Of a stretch of DNA of 54,088 bases, positions 1 to 8,424 are shown in pieces. The translations under genes and the position numbers were made by a program. Under the pieces are notes generated by a model. It saw only the letters and a program-made list of their open reading frames with translations. It searched no databases and had not been told where the DNA came from. The DNA is from Eubacteriales bacterium. Its GTDB lineage: Bacteria; Bacillota; Clostridia; Oscillospirales; CAG-272. Location: positions 67,112-121,199 of the forward strand of contig JAZOMF010000075.1 of assembly GCA_045653805.1 (NCBI GenBank). The letters run 5' to 3'. Position 1 is the first letter of the stretch, and every line of letters starts with the position of its first letter.

Positions 1-2079
1 GACGATTGTAAGCCCGGTTGCGATTGCGACAGATTTATGGAGATTTGGAACAACGTATTCTCACAGTTCAATAACGACGGTAAGGGCAACTACACCGAGC
101 TCGCACAAAAGAACATCGATACCGGTATGGGCCTTGAGCGTCTCGCTTGCGTAATGCAGGGCGTTGACAACATGTTTGAGGTTGACTCTATCCGTAAGGT
201 TATCGACAAGACCTGCGAGATCGCAGGCAAAACTTATGGCGATAACGCAGAGAACGACATCTCTATCCGCGTTGTAACCGACCACTCCAGAAGTGCAATG
301 TTTATGATTTCCGACGGCGTTATTCCTTCCAACGAGGGAAGAGGCTACGTTCTCCGCCGTATTATCCGCCGCGCTTGCCGTCACGGTAAGCTTCTTGGCA
401 TAAACCATCCTTTCCTTGTTGACACCGTAACCGTCGCTATCAACGAGAGCTGCAAGGCTTATCCCGAGCTTGAAGAAAAGCGCGTATACATCCTCAAGGT
501 TATCGCTATGGAGGAGGAGAGATTCGACGCAACCGTTGACGCAGGTCTTTCCAAGCTTTCCGAAATGATCGAGGATGCAAAGGCAAATAGCGCAACCATT
601 CTTTCCGGAGACGATGTGTTCAAGCTTTACGACACTTTCGGTTTCCCCATCGACCTCACCCGTGAGATCGCAGAGGAGGCGGGCTTTGGCATCGACGAAG
701 AGACCTTCAAGGCTCTTATGAAGGAGCAGAGAGACCGCGCAAGAGCAGCGCGAGGAAATATCGGTGGCTGGGACAAGGGCGATAAGGAAATGCTCGCAGA
801 TATTGCTACTACCTCTTTCACCGGATACACTGAAATCGAGACCGAGGCAAATGTAATCGCTATCATTGCCGACGGCATGCTCGTAAACGAGATCAGCGAG
901 GGTGAGTTCACTCTCATTCTTGACAAGACCCCCTTCTATGGTGAGGGCGGCGGTCAGGTAGGCGACACCGGTGCTATCGCTAACGGCGATTTCTCCGCAA
1001 CCGTTCACGACACCAAGAAGACCGACGGAATCTTCCTCCACGTTTGTGAGCTTACAAGTGGCGCAGTTAAGGTTGGTGACACCGTTACCGCAACCGTTGA
1101 CAGCGCTCGCAGAGATGCTATAAAGAGAAATCACTCCTCGCTCCACCTCCTCCAGGGCGCGCTCCGCGCAGTTCTCGGGACTCACGTTGAGCAGTCCGGC
1201 TCTTACGTTGATGCAGAGAGAGGACGCTTCGACTTCACTCACTTCGCAGCAGTTACCGCAAATGAGCTTGCACGCGTTGAGGCTCTTGTAAATGCTACCG
1301 TTCTTTCGGGTATCGCAGTTGACACTATTGAAACCGACATTGAAAGCGCCAAGAAGCTTGGTGCGATGATGCTCTTCGGAGAGAAGTACGGCGCAACCGT
1401 CAGAGTGGTTAAGATGGGAGACGCTTCCACCGAATTCTGCGGAGGTACTCACGTTGATAACACCGCAAAGATCGGTCTCTTCAAGATCGTTTCCGAGTCG
1501 AGCGTTGCGGCAGGTATTCGCCGTATCGAGGTTGTAACAGGTCTTGGAGTGCTTGATCTTTTGACTGCAAAGGATAAGCTCATCGTTGATACCGCAACTG
1601 AACTCAAGGTTCAAAATCCCGTTGACATCTTAAAGAAGGCTACTCAACTTCAGGGCGAGATCGCTAACATGAAGAAGGAGATCGAATCTCTCAACTCCAA
1701 GCTTGCAGGCAGCAAGATAAACGACGTTCTTGCAGGTGCAGTTTCCGTCGGCTCCGTTAAGCTTGTAACCTACATTGCAGAGGGCATGGAGATCGACGCG
1801 GCAAGAAGCCTTTCTGACAAGATCAAGGCAGAGAACAACGATATGGTTGCAGTTCTTGCCGTTAAGTCGGGCGATAAGCTCAACTTCATCGCAGTTGCAG
1901 GCAAGGATGCAGTTGCCGCTGGCGCGCACGCAGGCAAGATCGTTGGCGCAGTTGCCGCAGTTACCGGCGGTAAGGGCGGTGGACGTCCCGACAACGCAAT
2001 GGCGGGCGGACGCGATGCTTCCAAGATCGCAGAGGCACTTGAGAGCGCAAAGGCAACTCTTGAGGGTATGCTTAAGTGA
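1..2079 (+). CDS. alaS: Alanine--tRNA ligase (5' end outside window)
   Basis: Frame is open from base 1; motifs EIWNNVF, IDTGMGLER, FKLYDTFGFP, editing-domain NHSSLH and EFCGGTH, C-terminal GGKGGG. Confidence 0.98.
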   Translation, partial: DDCKPGCDCDRFMEIWNNVFSQFNNDGKGNYTELAQKNIDTGMGLERLACVMQGVDNMFEVDSIRKVIDKTCEIAGKTYGDNAENDISIRVVTDHSRSAMFMISDGVIPSNEGRGYVLRRIIRRACRHGKLLGINHPFLVDTVTVAINESCKAYPELEEKRVYILKVIAMEEERFDATVDAGLSKLSEMIEDAKANSATILSGDDVFKLYDTFGFPIDLTREIAEEAGFGIDEETFKALMKEQRDRARAARGNIGGWDKGDKEMLADIATTSFTGYTEIETEANVIAIIADGMLVNEISEGEFTLILDKTPFYGEGGGQVGDTGAIANGDFSATVHDTKKTDGIFLHVCELTSGAVKVGDTVTATVDSARRDAIKRNHSSLHLLQGALRAVLGTHVEQSGSYVDAERGRFDFTHFAAVTANELARVEALVNATVLSGIAVDTIETDIESAKKLGAMMLFGEKYGATVRVVKMGDASTEFCGGTHVDNTAKIGLFKIVSESSVAAGIRRIEVVTGLGVLDLLTAKDKLIVDTATELKVQNPVDILKKATQLQGEIANMKKEIESLNSKLAGSKINDVLAGAVSVGSVKLVTYIAEGMEIDAARSLSDKIKAENNDMVAVLAVKSGDKLNFIAVAGKDAVAAGAHAGKIVGAVAAVTGGKGGGRPDNAMAGGRDASKIAEALESAKATLEGMLK

Positions 2080-2088
2080 TAAAAATTC

Positions 2089-2127
2089 AGGGATATTTAT
2101 CGGATAACACCGTTAAATATCCCTTTT
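2089..2127 (+). terminator. Intrinsic terminator after alaS
   Basis: AGGGATATTTA/TAAATATCCCT stem followed by T-run. Confidence 0.7.
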
Positions 2128-2143
2128 AATATTCCAAAATCAT

Positions 2144-2174
2144 AAAAAGGAGAGACTTCGCAAAATCTCTCCTT
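2144..2174 (-). terminator. Intrinsic terminator after MutS-like gene
   Basis: AAGGAGAGA/TCTCTCCTT stem, T-run on minus strand. Confidence 0.7.
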
Positions 2175-2179
2175 AAATT

Positions 2180-3787
2180 TTATTTGCCAATCTTTTTGAG
2201 AATGTTATCGTAGGTCAAGCCGTATCTCTCGGCAATATCGCGGGCATAGCTCTTTCCGTCGGGCTTTGCGCGGTGGATCTTAAAGGAGCGCTTACCCTCC
2301 TCGATTCCCGCAACGAGAGTATCTATCTTCACACCGCCATTTGCAATCGACTCGGCGTTAATGCGTTCAATCTCTGCGGCAAGCTCGTGGAGGTGAGTTG
2401 CGAAAAGACAACGGCAACCAACCATGGAAATGCCCGAAAGCACCTCACTTGCGATATAAGAGCCCTCGTAAGAGCCGGTAGAAGAAAAGGACTCGTCAAG
2501 CAGTACAAGGCTATACTCGGTAACACAATCGAATATCTCGCCAAGTCGGGCGCACTCTTCACCAAGGCGTCCCTTGTCAATGGTATCGTCAGCACCGGTG
2601 GGGAAGTGAGTGAAAATTGCATCTACGGGGCTGATTTTTGCCTTTTTTGCAGGAACGAACATACCAAGCTGCATCATAGCCGCCGCAAGACCCAAAGCGC
2701 AGGTAATAACCGATTTTCCGCCGCGGTTGGGACCTGTAAGAACGTATATTGTGGCATCGTTCTGATTAAATCGCACATCGTTGGCAACAATCTCCTCGCA
2801 GTCGGGCAATTTCAACGCAACGGCAGGGTTATAAAGCTCGTCGGCATCGAAAATTCGCTCGTCTATGGGAGCGATATCCGCAAAGGTAAGCTCGCATCCC
2901 TTGGCCTTGAGATTTTTCATCATTTCGGTGGCCTTAACCACGAATTCAATCTCGGGCATAAGACCGAGCAGAAAATCGGTATTTTCAAGGACGTAGGACT
3001 GCACTATCTTCTTCCAAGAGCGGAGAGAGGAGTGATAAACGTCATTTATAGCCGAATTAAAGGCGGTAGAAAGCGCGGATTTCTGTGTATCCGATTGCTT
3101 TTTGCCAAAGGGAACGAGATTTGCAATGCAGGTGTATTCATCGTCCTTGAAATTGAGACGAAGAATCTTATCAATGGTGTCGCCCGACTTAAAGGGCTCG
3201 GAATTGATAGACAAAACGCCTGCATATTGTGGACGAAGCTGGGCGTCCAGATTTACACCGATAGAAACGCTCTTGATCTCTCGAACTCGCTTGGTCAACT
3301 CGTTAAGCTTTTCGTTGAGCTCCTTGTAATAATCGGACTCCGCCAAGTAAGCGATACGCTCCGCAAGGGTCTTGAAGGCAACACTGCTAACGCTTTCCTT
3401 GACCTTGGAAAGCCCCTCATAGAGAATATCTATGCAAGAAATATATAGCTCAATTTCGGTAATACTTGAAAGATAATCGTCGTCGGCATTGTTTGATTCC
3501 AAACGGCGAAGCTCTGCAATGTCGCCAAGCACGGGCATAAGCTTATTCAAGGTGGCGGAAAGCTCGGGATGATCCAGCATATCCGCAAAGACCCCATTAC
3601 GGTATTTTATAACCTCGGGAGAGAAGGTAAAATACTCTGAAAGCTCGGAGCTTTTAAGATCGAGTATCTCGAGCATTCCAAGCTCTTCAAGGGTATACAT
3701 ATCAATATCGGGGCGGTTTTCCTCCGCGTAGTGATACTGCTTACTTTCCCCCGTGGGATAAAGCAAACTAAAATTAGTAAGTTCCAT
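2180..3787 (-). CDS. MutS-related ATPase (MutS domain V, no mismatch-binding domain)
   Basis: LTGPNRGGKS Walker A, GMFVPA, IFTHF, GRLGEE, LLDESFSST, FATH, GKSYA; start moved to ATG 3787 behind GGAG. Confidence 0.85.
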   Translation of the reverse strand: MELTNFSLLYPTGESKQYHYAEENRPDIDMYTLEELGMLEILDLKSSELSEYFTFSPEVIKYRNGVFADMLDHPELSATLNKLMPVLGDIAELRRLESNNADDDYLSSITEIELYISCIDILYEGLSKVKESVSSVAFKTLAERIAYLAESDYYKELNEKLNELTKRVREIKSVSIGVNLDAQLRPQYAGVLSINSEPFKSGDTIDKILRLNFKDDEYTCIANLVPFGKKQSDTQKSALSTAFNSAINDVYHSSLRSWKKIVQSYVLENTDFLLGLMPEIEFVVKATEMMKNLKAKGCELTFADIAPIDERIFDADELYNPAVALKLPDCEEIVANDVRFNQNDATIYVLTGPNRGGKSVITCALGLAAAMMQLGMFVPAKKAKISPVDAIFTHFPTGADDTIDKGRLGEECARLGEIFDCVTEYSLVLLDESFSSTGSYEGSYIASEVLSGISMVGCRCLFATHLHELAAEIERINAESIANGGVKIDTLVAGIEEGKRSFKIHRAKPDGKSYARDIAERYGLTYDNILKKIGK

Positions 3788-3801
3788 TATTTTCTCCAAA
3801 A

Positions 3802-4632
3802 TTAGATTTTGATTACTGTCTTTTTGCCGTCGCGAACAACTAAAATATCGTTAAGTCCGACAGAGCGGAGAAGATTGAATCCCTCCTCAACACACTCGCC
3901 GATATGCTCGGGGGAATGGGAGTCTGTGCCAACGGTGATGAGTCTGCCGCCACACTCTTTGTAAAGAGATAGAAATTCGCGGTCGGGCATTGCAAAGCCA
4001 AGACCTTTCCAAAGGGTAGAAACATTGACCTCAAGGGCAATATCCTTGGCAATCATCTTTTTGAAAAGAGCCTCTGCAGCGTCGGCATGCTTTAAAAAGT
4101 CGTATTTGTTGCCTGCAATGGCGCAATAGCGATAGATGTATGTAAGGTGCGCTATTGTGTCAACCTTGTCCAATGCATCCACAACCTCGCCAAGCTCGCT
4201 GCAATATCTATCAAACATGTGACCTATGTAAGAGTGTTGCATGCTTGCGAAAATACTCTTGAAATCCCAGTAGTAGAAGTCGCGTTCTCCGCGCACGTTG
4301 TGAATAGAGCCGATTACAAAATCGTAATCGTGCTTTGAAAGAAGCTTGTCCGCCTCCTCGGGGCACTGATTGTATTGACCTATTTCAATTCCGTAGGAAA
4401 GATTGACCTTGCCCTTGTATTTTTCTTTTGCCGCCATAATAGCCGCGTAATGACCGTCAGAATCAAATTCGGGATAATCAGCCTCGCTCTTCCAGTTGCA
4501 CTCAAAGTGATCGGTAATAGCAAGATCGGTAACACCGTTTGCAATAGCCGCCTCACAAAGGGTCGCGGGAGTGGAATTCTGCGCACCGTCAAAAGAGAAA
4601 TTCGTATGAGTATGGTAGTCGCATTTAAACAT
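3802..4632 (-). CDS. PHP-family histidinol-phosphatase-like hydrolase (HisJ family)
   Basis: DYHTHTNFSFD, AITDH, GIE, DFVIGSIH, AHL, LEVN, GTDSH; ATG 4632 behind GAGG. Confidence 0.85.
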   Translation of the reverse strand: MFKCDYHTHTNFSFDGAQNSTPATLCEAAIANGVTDLAITDHFECNWKSEADYPEFDSDGHYAAIMAAKEKYKGKVNLSYGIEIGQYNQCPEEADKLLSKHDYDFVIGSIHNVRGERDFYYWDFKSIFASMQHSYIGHMFDRYCSELGEVVDALDKVDTIAHLTYIYRYCAIAGNKYDFLKHADAAEALFKKMIAKDIALEVNVSTLWKGLGFAMPDREFLSLYKECGGRLITVGTDSHSPEHIGECVEEGFNLLRSVGLNDILVVRDGKKTVIKI

Positions 4633-4814
4633 AGTTAACCTCAAAACATTTCATCACACCTTATATTGTATCATATTTTTTGCGATTTGTATATAGTTTT
4701 TTTAAAAAAACTTAACTTTGAACATATAACAATAGCCCAATCCATACTTGCGTTGTAAAAAGCCAAATTGTCAACTCATAAATGTAAAAACATTAAAAAT
4801 AATTTCAAAGTCTC

Positions 4815-4843
4815 TTGAAAAACATAAAAATTTATGATACAAT
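4815..4843 (+). promoter_or_regulatory. Sigma-A promoter of uxaC
   Basis: TTGAAA-17 bp-TACAAT with extended -10 TG. Confidence 0.6.
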
Positions 4844-4877
4844 AAGTTAAATAACTATATTTTCTTGGAGAAATCTA

Positions 4878-6296
4878 ATGAAAAACTTTATGGACAAGGA
4901 TTTTCTGCTTGAAACTCCCACTGCGCAATGGCTTTACCACGAGTATGCGGAAAAGCTGCCTATAATTGACTATCACTGTCATTTAGTGCCTGCGGAGATT
5001 GCGGAAAACAAGAAATTTTCCAATATTACCGAGCTTTGGCTCTACGCTGACCACTACAAGTGGAGAGCGATGAGAAGCTGCGGCGTTGATGAAAAATACA
5101 TCACCGGAAACAGCTCTGATTTTGAAAAATTCCGTGAATACTGCCGTATAATGCCTCTGCTTATCGGAAACCCTGTATATCACTGGAGCCATCTTGAGCT
5201 TCGCAGATATTTTGATTGTGACCTGATCATAAATGCCGCAAATTGCGAAAAAATATGGCAGTTGACCTCTGAAAAGCTGGCGAAAGATCAATACGGCGCA
5301 AGAGATTATATCAAAAACTCGGGCGTTAAGCTGCTTTGCACCACCGACGACCCTATCGACGATCTGCATTATCACAAGGAGATCAAGAGCTCGGGCTTTG
5401 AGGTGCAGGTGCTTCCCGCATTCCGTCCCGACAAGGGCTTGAATATCGAAAGAAAGGGAATCAAGGCTTATATTGAAGCTTTGGGCAAGAGCTCGGGAGT
5501 CGAGATCTGCGACCTTGACAGCCTTTGCAAGGCATATCTCGTTTCTCTCGACCGCTTTGAGACTCTCGGATGCAAGACTGCCGACCACGGTATGGACAAC
5601 TACATCCCCTTCGCCAAACCCGACCCCTACCACGCCAACGAGATATTCAAAAAGGCACTGGCTAGCGACGGCGCAGATATAAGCGATGGCGAGTTGGCTC
5701 TTTGGAAGACTCAGATGATGCGATTCTTCGGTCTTGAATACGTCAAACGCGGATGGGTGCTTCAGCTCCACTACGGCGTGCTTCGTAACCCCAACAAGAC
5801 TATGTTTGACCGTCTCGGACCCGACTCGGGATACGATACTATCAACGCGCAGAATTGTATTGCGGATATGGCGTCTCTCCTCAACTATTTGCAGGAGAAC
5901 GAGGCTCTTCCCAAGACTATAATCTACCCCATTAACCCCTCTGACAATGCCGCCGTCGGTACTCTTTGCGGAAGCTTCTGCAGAGGTGACGGAAGTAACA
6001 CTCCCACTGTGGTACAGGGTAGCGGCTGGTGGTTCAATGACAATATCGACGGAATGGAAGCACAGATGAAGAGCTTTGCCAATCTCGCGTCTCTCGGTAA
6101 TTTCCTCGGTATGCTCACTGACTCCCGAAGCTTTATGTCTTACCCCCGCCACGAATATTTCCGCAGAATTCTTTGCAATATAATCGGAAATTGGGTTGAA
6201 AATGGACTTTACCCCGACAGGGATGCAGCTGCTGAAATAGTCCAGCGCATTTCCTATTATAACACAGTAAAATACTTCGGATTTGAAGTAAATTAA
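4878..6296 (+). CDS. uxaC: Glucuronate (uronate) isomerase
   Basis: PIIDYHCH, DHYKWRAMR, WSHLEL, CTTDDP, WWFND, GMLTDSRSFMSYPRHEYFRR. Confidence 0.97.
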   Translation: MKNFMDKDFLLETPTAQWLYHEYAEKLPIIDYHCHLVPAEIAENKKFSNITELWLYADHYKWRAMRSCGVDEKYITGNSSDFEKFREYCRIMPLLIGNPVYHWSHLELRRYFDCDLIINAANCEKIWQLTSEKLAKDQYGARDYIKNSGVKLLCTTDDPIDDLHYHKEIKSSGFEVQVLPAFRPDKGLNIERKGIKAYIEALGKSSGVEICDLDSLCKAYLVSLDRFETLGCKTADHGMDNYIPFAKPDPYHANEIFKKALASDGADISDGELALWKTQMMRFFGLEYVKRGWVLQLHYGVLRNPNKTMFDRLGPDSGYDTINAQNCIADMASLLNYLQENEALPKTIIYPINPSDNAAVGTLCGSFCRGDGSNTPTVVQGSGWWFNDNIDGMEAQMKSFANLASLGNFLGMLTDSRSFMSYPRHEYFRRILCNIIGNWVENGLYPDRDAAAEIVQRISYYNTVKYFGFEVN

Positions 6297-6331
6297 TAAA
6301 ATTAAAATAAACTTTTTAGGAGGAACTTACA

Positions 6332-6547
6332 ATGTACGTTGTTAAGGAAGAAAAAAAGGTTAGCGTTCTCAAGATAGTTCTTATCTCCGCAGGTATCGCC
6401 GCAGTAGTAGGTGCAATCGTTGCAGGCATTATCATCTGGAAGAAGAAAAAGAACGAGAAGAAGCAGATCGAAGAGCAGATCGACGCGGCTATCGATGCAG
6501 CATTCGCTGACGAGGACACCGAAGTAGTTTCAGTAGATATCGTTTAA
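6332..6547 (+). CDS. Small single-pass membrane protein, unknown function
   Basis: AGGAGG RBS, one hydrophobic helix, WKKKK stop-transfer, acidic tail. Confidence 0.75.
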   Translation: MYVVKEEKKVSVLKIVLISAGIAAVVGAIVAGIIIWKKKKNEKKQIEEQIDAAIDAAFADEDTEVVSVDIV

Positions 6548-6556
6548 TTTGCAATA

Positions 6557-7504
6557 ATGAAAATATCCTTTCTTGATGCTTCTACCATTGGCTCTGATAT
6601 TGATCTTTCTCTTTACAAAAGATTTGGCGAGCTAAAGGTTTACAGTTCAACTACACAAGACGAATTCGTCGATCACGTTGGGGATAGTGACGTTATAATC
6701 ATTAACAAGCTTAAAGTGGGCAGACAAAATCTGCCCTCTTGTCCTCATGTCCGCCTTGTTTGTGTCACCGCAACGGGATTTGATAATATCGACACCGAAT
6801 ATTGCCGAGAAAACGGAATTGCCGTTTGCAACGTGGTGGGATATTCCACACAAAACGTAGCGCAACTGACGATTGCAACCGTGTTGTCGCTTTACTGCCG
6901 TTTGAAGGAATATGACCGCTCTGTTTCAGACGGAAGCTATACCCGCGGCGGCGTGGCAAACATCCTTACTCCCGTATATCACGAAATATGCGGCAAGACC
7001 TGGGGAATCGTGGGCTACGGCAATATCGGCAAGCAGGTCGGAGTGGTGGCAAAGGCGCTTGGATGCTATATTCTCGTTTATAAGCGCACTCCCATTGAGG
7101 GAGAGAATTGCGTTGATATCGACACGCTTTGCCGTGAATCCGACATCATTACGGTTCACACTCCGCTCAACGACGGCACTCGCAACCTCATAAATAGCGA
7201 GCGCATCGCTATGATGAAGAACGATGCAGTCCTCGTTAACGTGGCGCGAGGTGCGGTATGCGACGAAGAGGCAATAGCAAATGCAATTCTCGAAGGCAAG
7301 CTGGGTGGCGTGGCTATCGATGTTTATTCCAAAGAACCCTTTGGAGAGGATCACCCCATCGCTCAAATCGCAGGCTTGGACAACGTTATCCTCACCCCTC
7401 ACATGGCTTGGGGCTCATACGAAGCAAGAGTCCGTTGCTGTGAGGAGATCGCTCTCAACATAGAGTCCTATATCAAGGGCGAAAGACGAAACAGAATAGT
7501 TTAA
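6557..7504 (+). CDS. D-2-hydroxyacid dehydrogenase (glycerate dehydrogenase-like)
   Basis: TATGFDNID, GIVGYGNIG, HTPL, NVARG, DVYSKEP, TPHMAW. Confidence 0.92.
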   Translation: MKISFLDASTIGSDIDLSLYKRFGELKVYSSTTQDEFVDHVGDSDVIIINKLKVGRQNLPSCPHVRLVCVTATGFDNIDTEYCRENGIAVCNVVGYSTQNVAQLTIATVLSLYCRLKEYDRSVSDGSYTRGGVANILTPVYHEICGKTWGIVGYGNIGKQVGVVAKALGCYILVYKRTPIEGENCVDIDTLCRESDIITVHTPLNDGTRNLINSERIAMMKNDAVLVNVARGAVCDEEAIANAILEGKLGGVAIDVYSKEPFGEDHPIAQIAGLDNVILTPHMAWGSYEARVRCCEEIALNIESYIKGERRNRIV

Positions 7505-7506
7505 AT

Positions 7507-7581
7507 ATAAATCCCCCTGTAACCCATTGTTACTTTTGACCTGCGGTTTATGTGTAACAATGTTGGCAAAGGGGGATTTAT
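7507..7581. repeat. 75-nt imperfect palindrome / long hairpin
   Basis: ATAAATCCCCCT/AGGGGGATTTAT (12 bp) enclosing CATTGTTAC/GTAACAATG (9 bp). Confidence 0.7.
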
Positions 7582-7622
7582 GTATTTCCAAATGCTGGAA
7601 AGAAAGTTCATAAAAAATTAAT

Positions 7623-7651
7623 TTTACAAAACACAAAAACTATGTTATAAT
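7623..7651 (+). promoter_or_regulatory. Sigma-A promoter of rsuA-tex
   Basis: TTTACA-17 bp-TATAAT with TG extension. Confidence 0.65.
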
Positions 7652-7681
7652 AATCTTTAGTTATGACAAGGAGGTGGCGCT

Positions 7682-8392
7682 ATGCGACTTGATAAATTTA
7701 TAGTTGAATCGGGACTTGCATCAAGAACCGAAATTGCAAAGGTTGCCCGTGGCGGCGGCATTACCGTAAACGGACAGGTCGTGCGTAGAGCAAGCGGTCA
7801 TATCGACCCCACCACCGATACCGTTACTTACATTGGCAGAGAAGTCATCTGGCGTGAATTTACCTACGTTATGCTCAACAAGGCCGACGGATACGTAAGC
7901 GCCACCGACGACATGCTCAATCCCACGGTATTGACTCTTTTGCCCGACGAGCTACAAAAGATAGGTCTTTTCCCCTGTGGAAGACTTGACAAAAACACTT
8001 TAGGGCTTATGATACTCACCAACAATGGCCCTCTTGCACATAAGTTGTTAGCGCCTAAGAATCACGTCTCCAAAAAGTATCGCTTTACCGTGAAATATCC
8101 CATAAGCGAAAAAGACGTTGTCAATCTTGAAAAGGGTGTTGACATCGGCGGTTACTTTACCGCTCCCTGCAAGGTTGAAATGATTGACGAGAAAAACGGA
8201 TACATCACATTGACTGAGGGCAAGTATCACCAGATAAAGCTCATGGCAGAGGCGGTACATAATCAGATAACCTACCTTGAGCGCGTGACCTTCGGTCCCA
8301 TCGTGCTTGACGAAAGCCTTGAGAGAGGTCAGTGGCGTTATCTTAATGAAGAAGAACAAGCAGCTCTTGAAGAGCGAGGAAAGAATATATAA
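7682..8392 (+). CDS. rsuA: rRNA pseudouridine synthase, RsuA family
   Basis: S4 domain MRLDK, LNKADGY, GRLD catalytic motif, EGKYHQIK. Confidence 0.9.
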   Translation: MRLDKFIVESGLASRTEIAKVARGGGITVNGQVVRRASGHIDPTTDTVTYIGREVIWREFTYVMLNKADGYVSATDDMLNPTVLTLLPDELQKIGLFPCGRLDKNTLGLMILTNNGPLAHKLLAPKNHVSKKYRFTVKYPISEKDVVNLEKGVDIGGYFTAPCKVEMIDEKNGYITLTEGKYHQIKLMAEAVHNQITYLERVTFGPIVLDESLERGQWRYLNEEEQAALEERGKNI

Positions 8393-8424
8393 GACGGTTA
8401 AGTCTTGATATAAAAGGAGTACAA

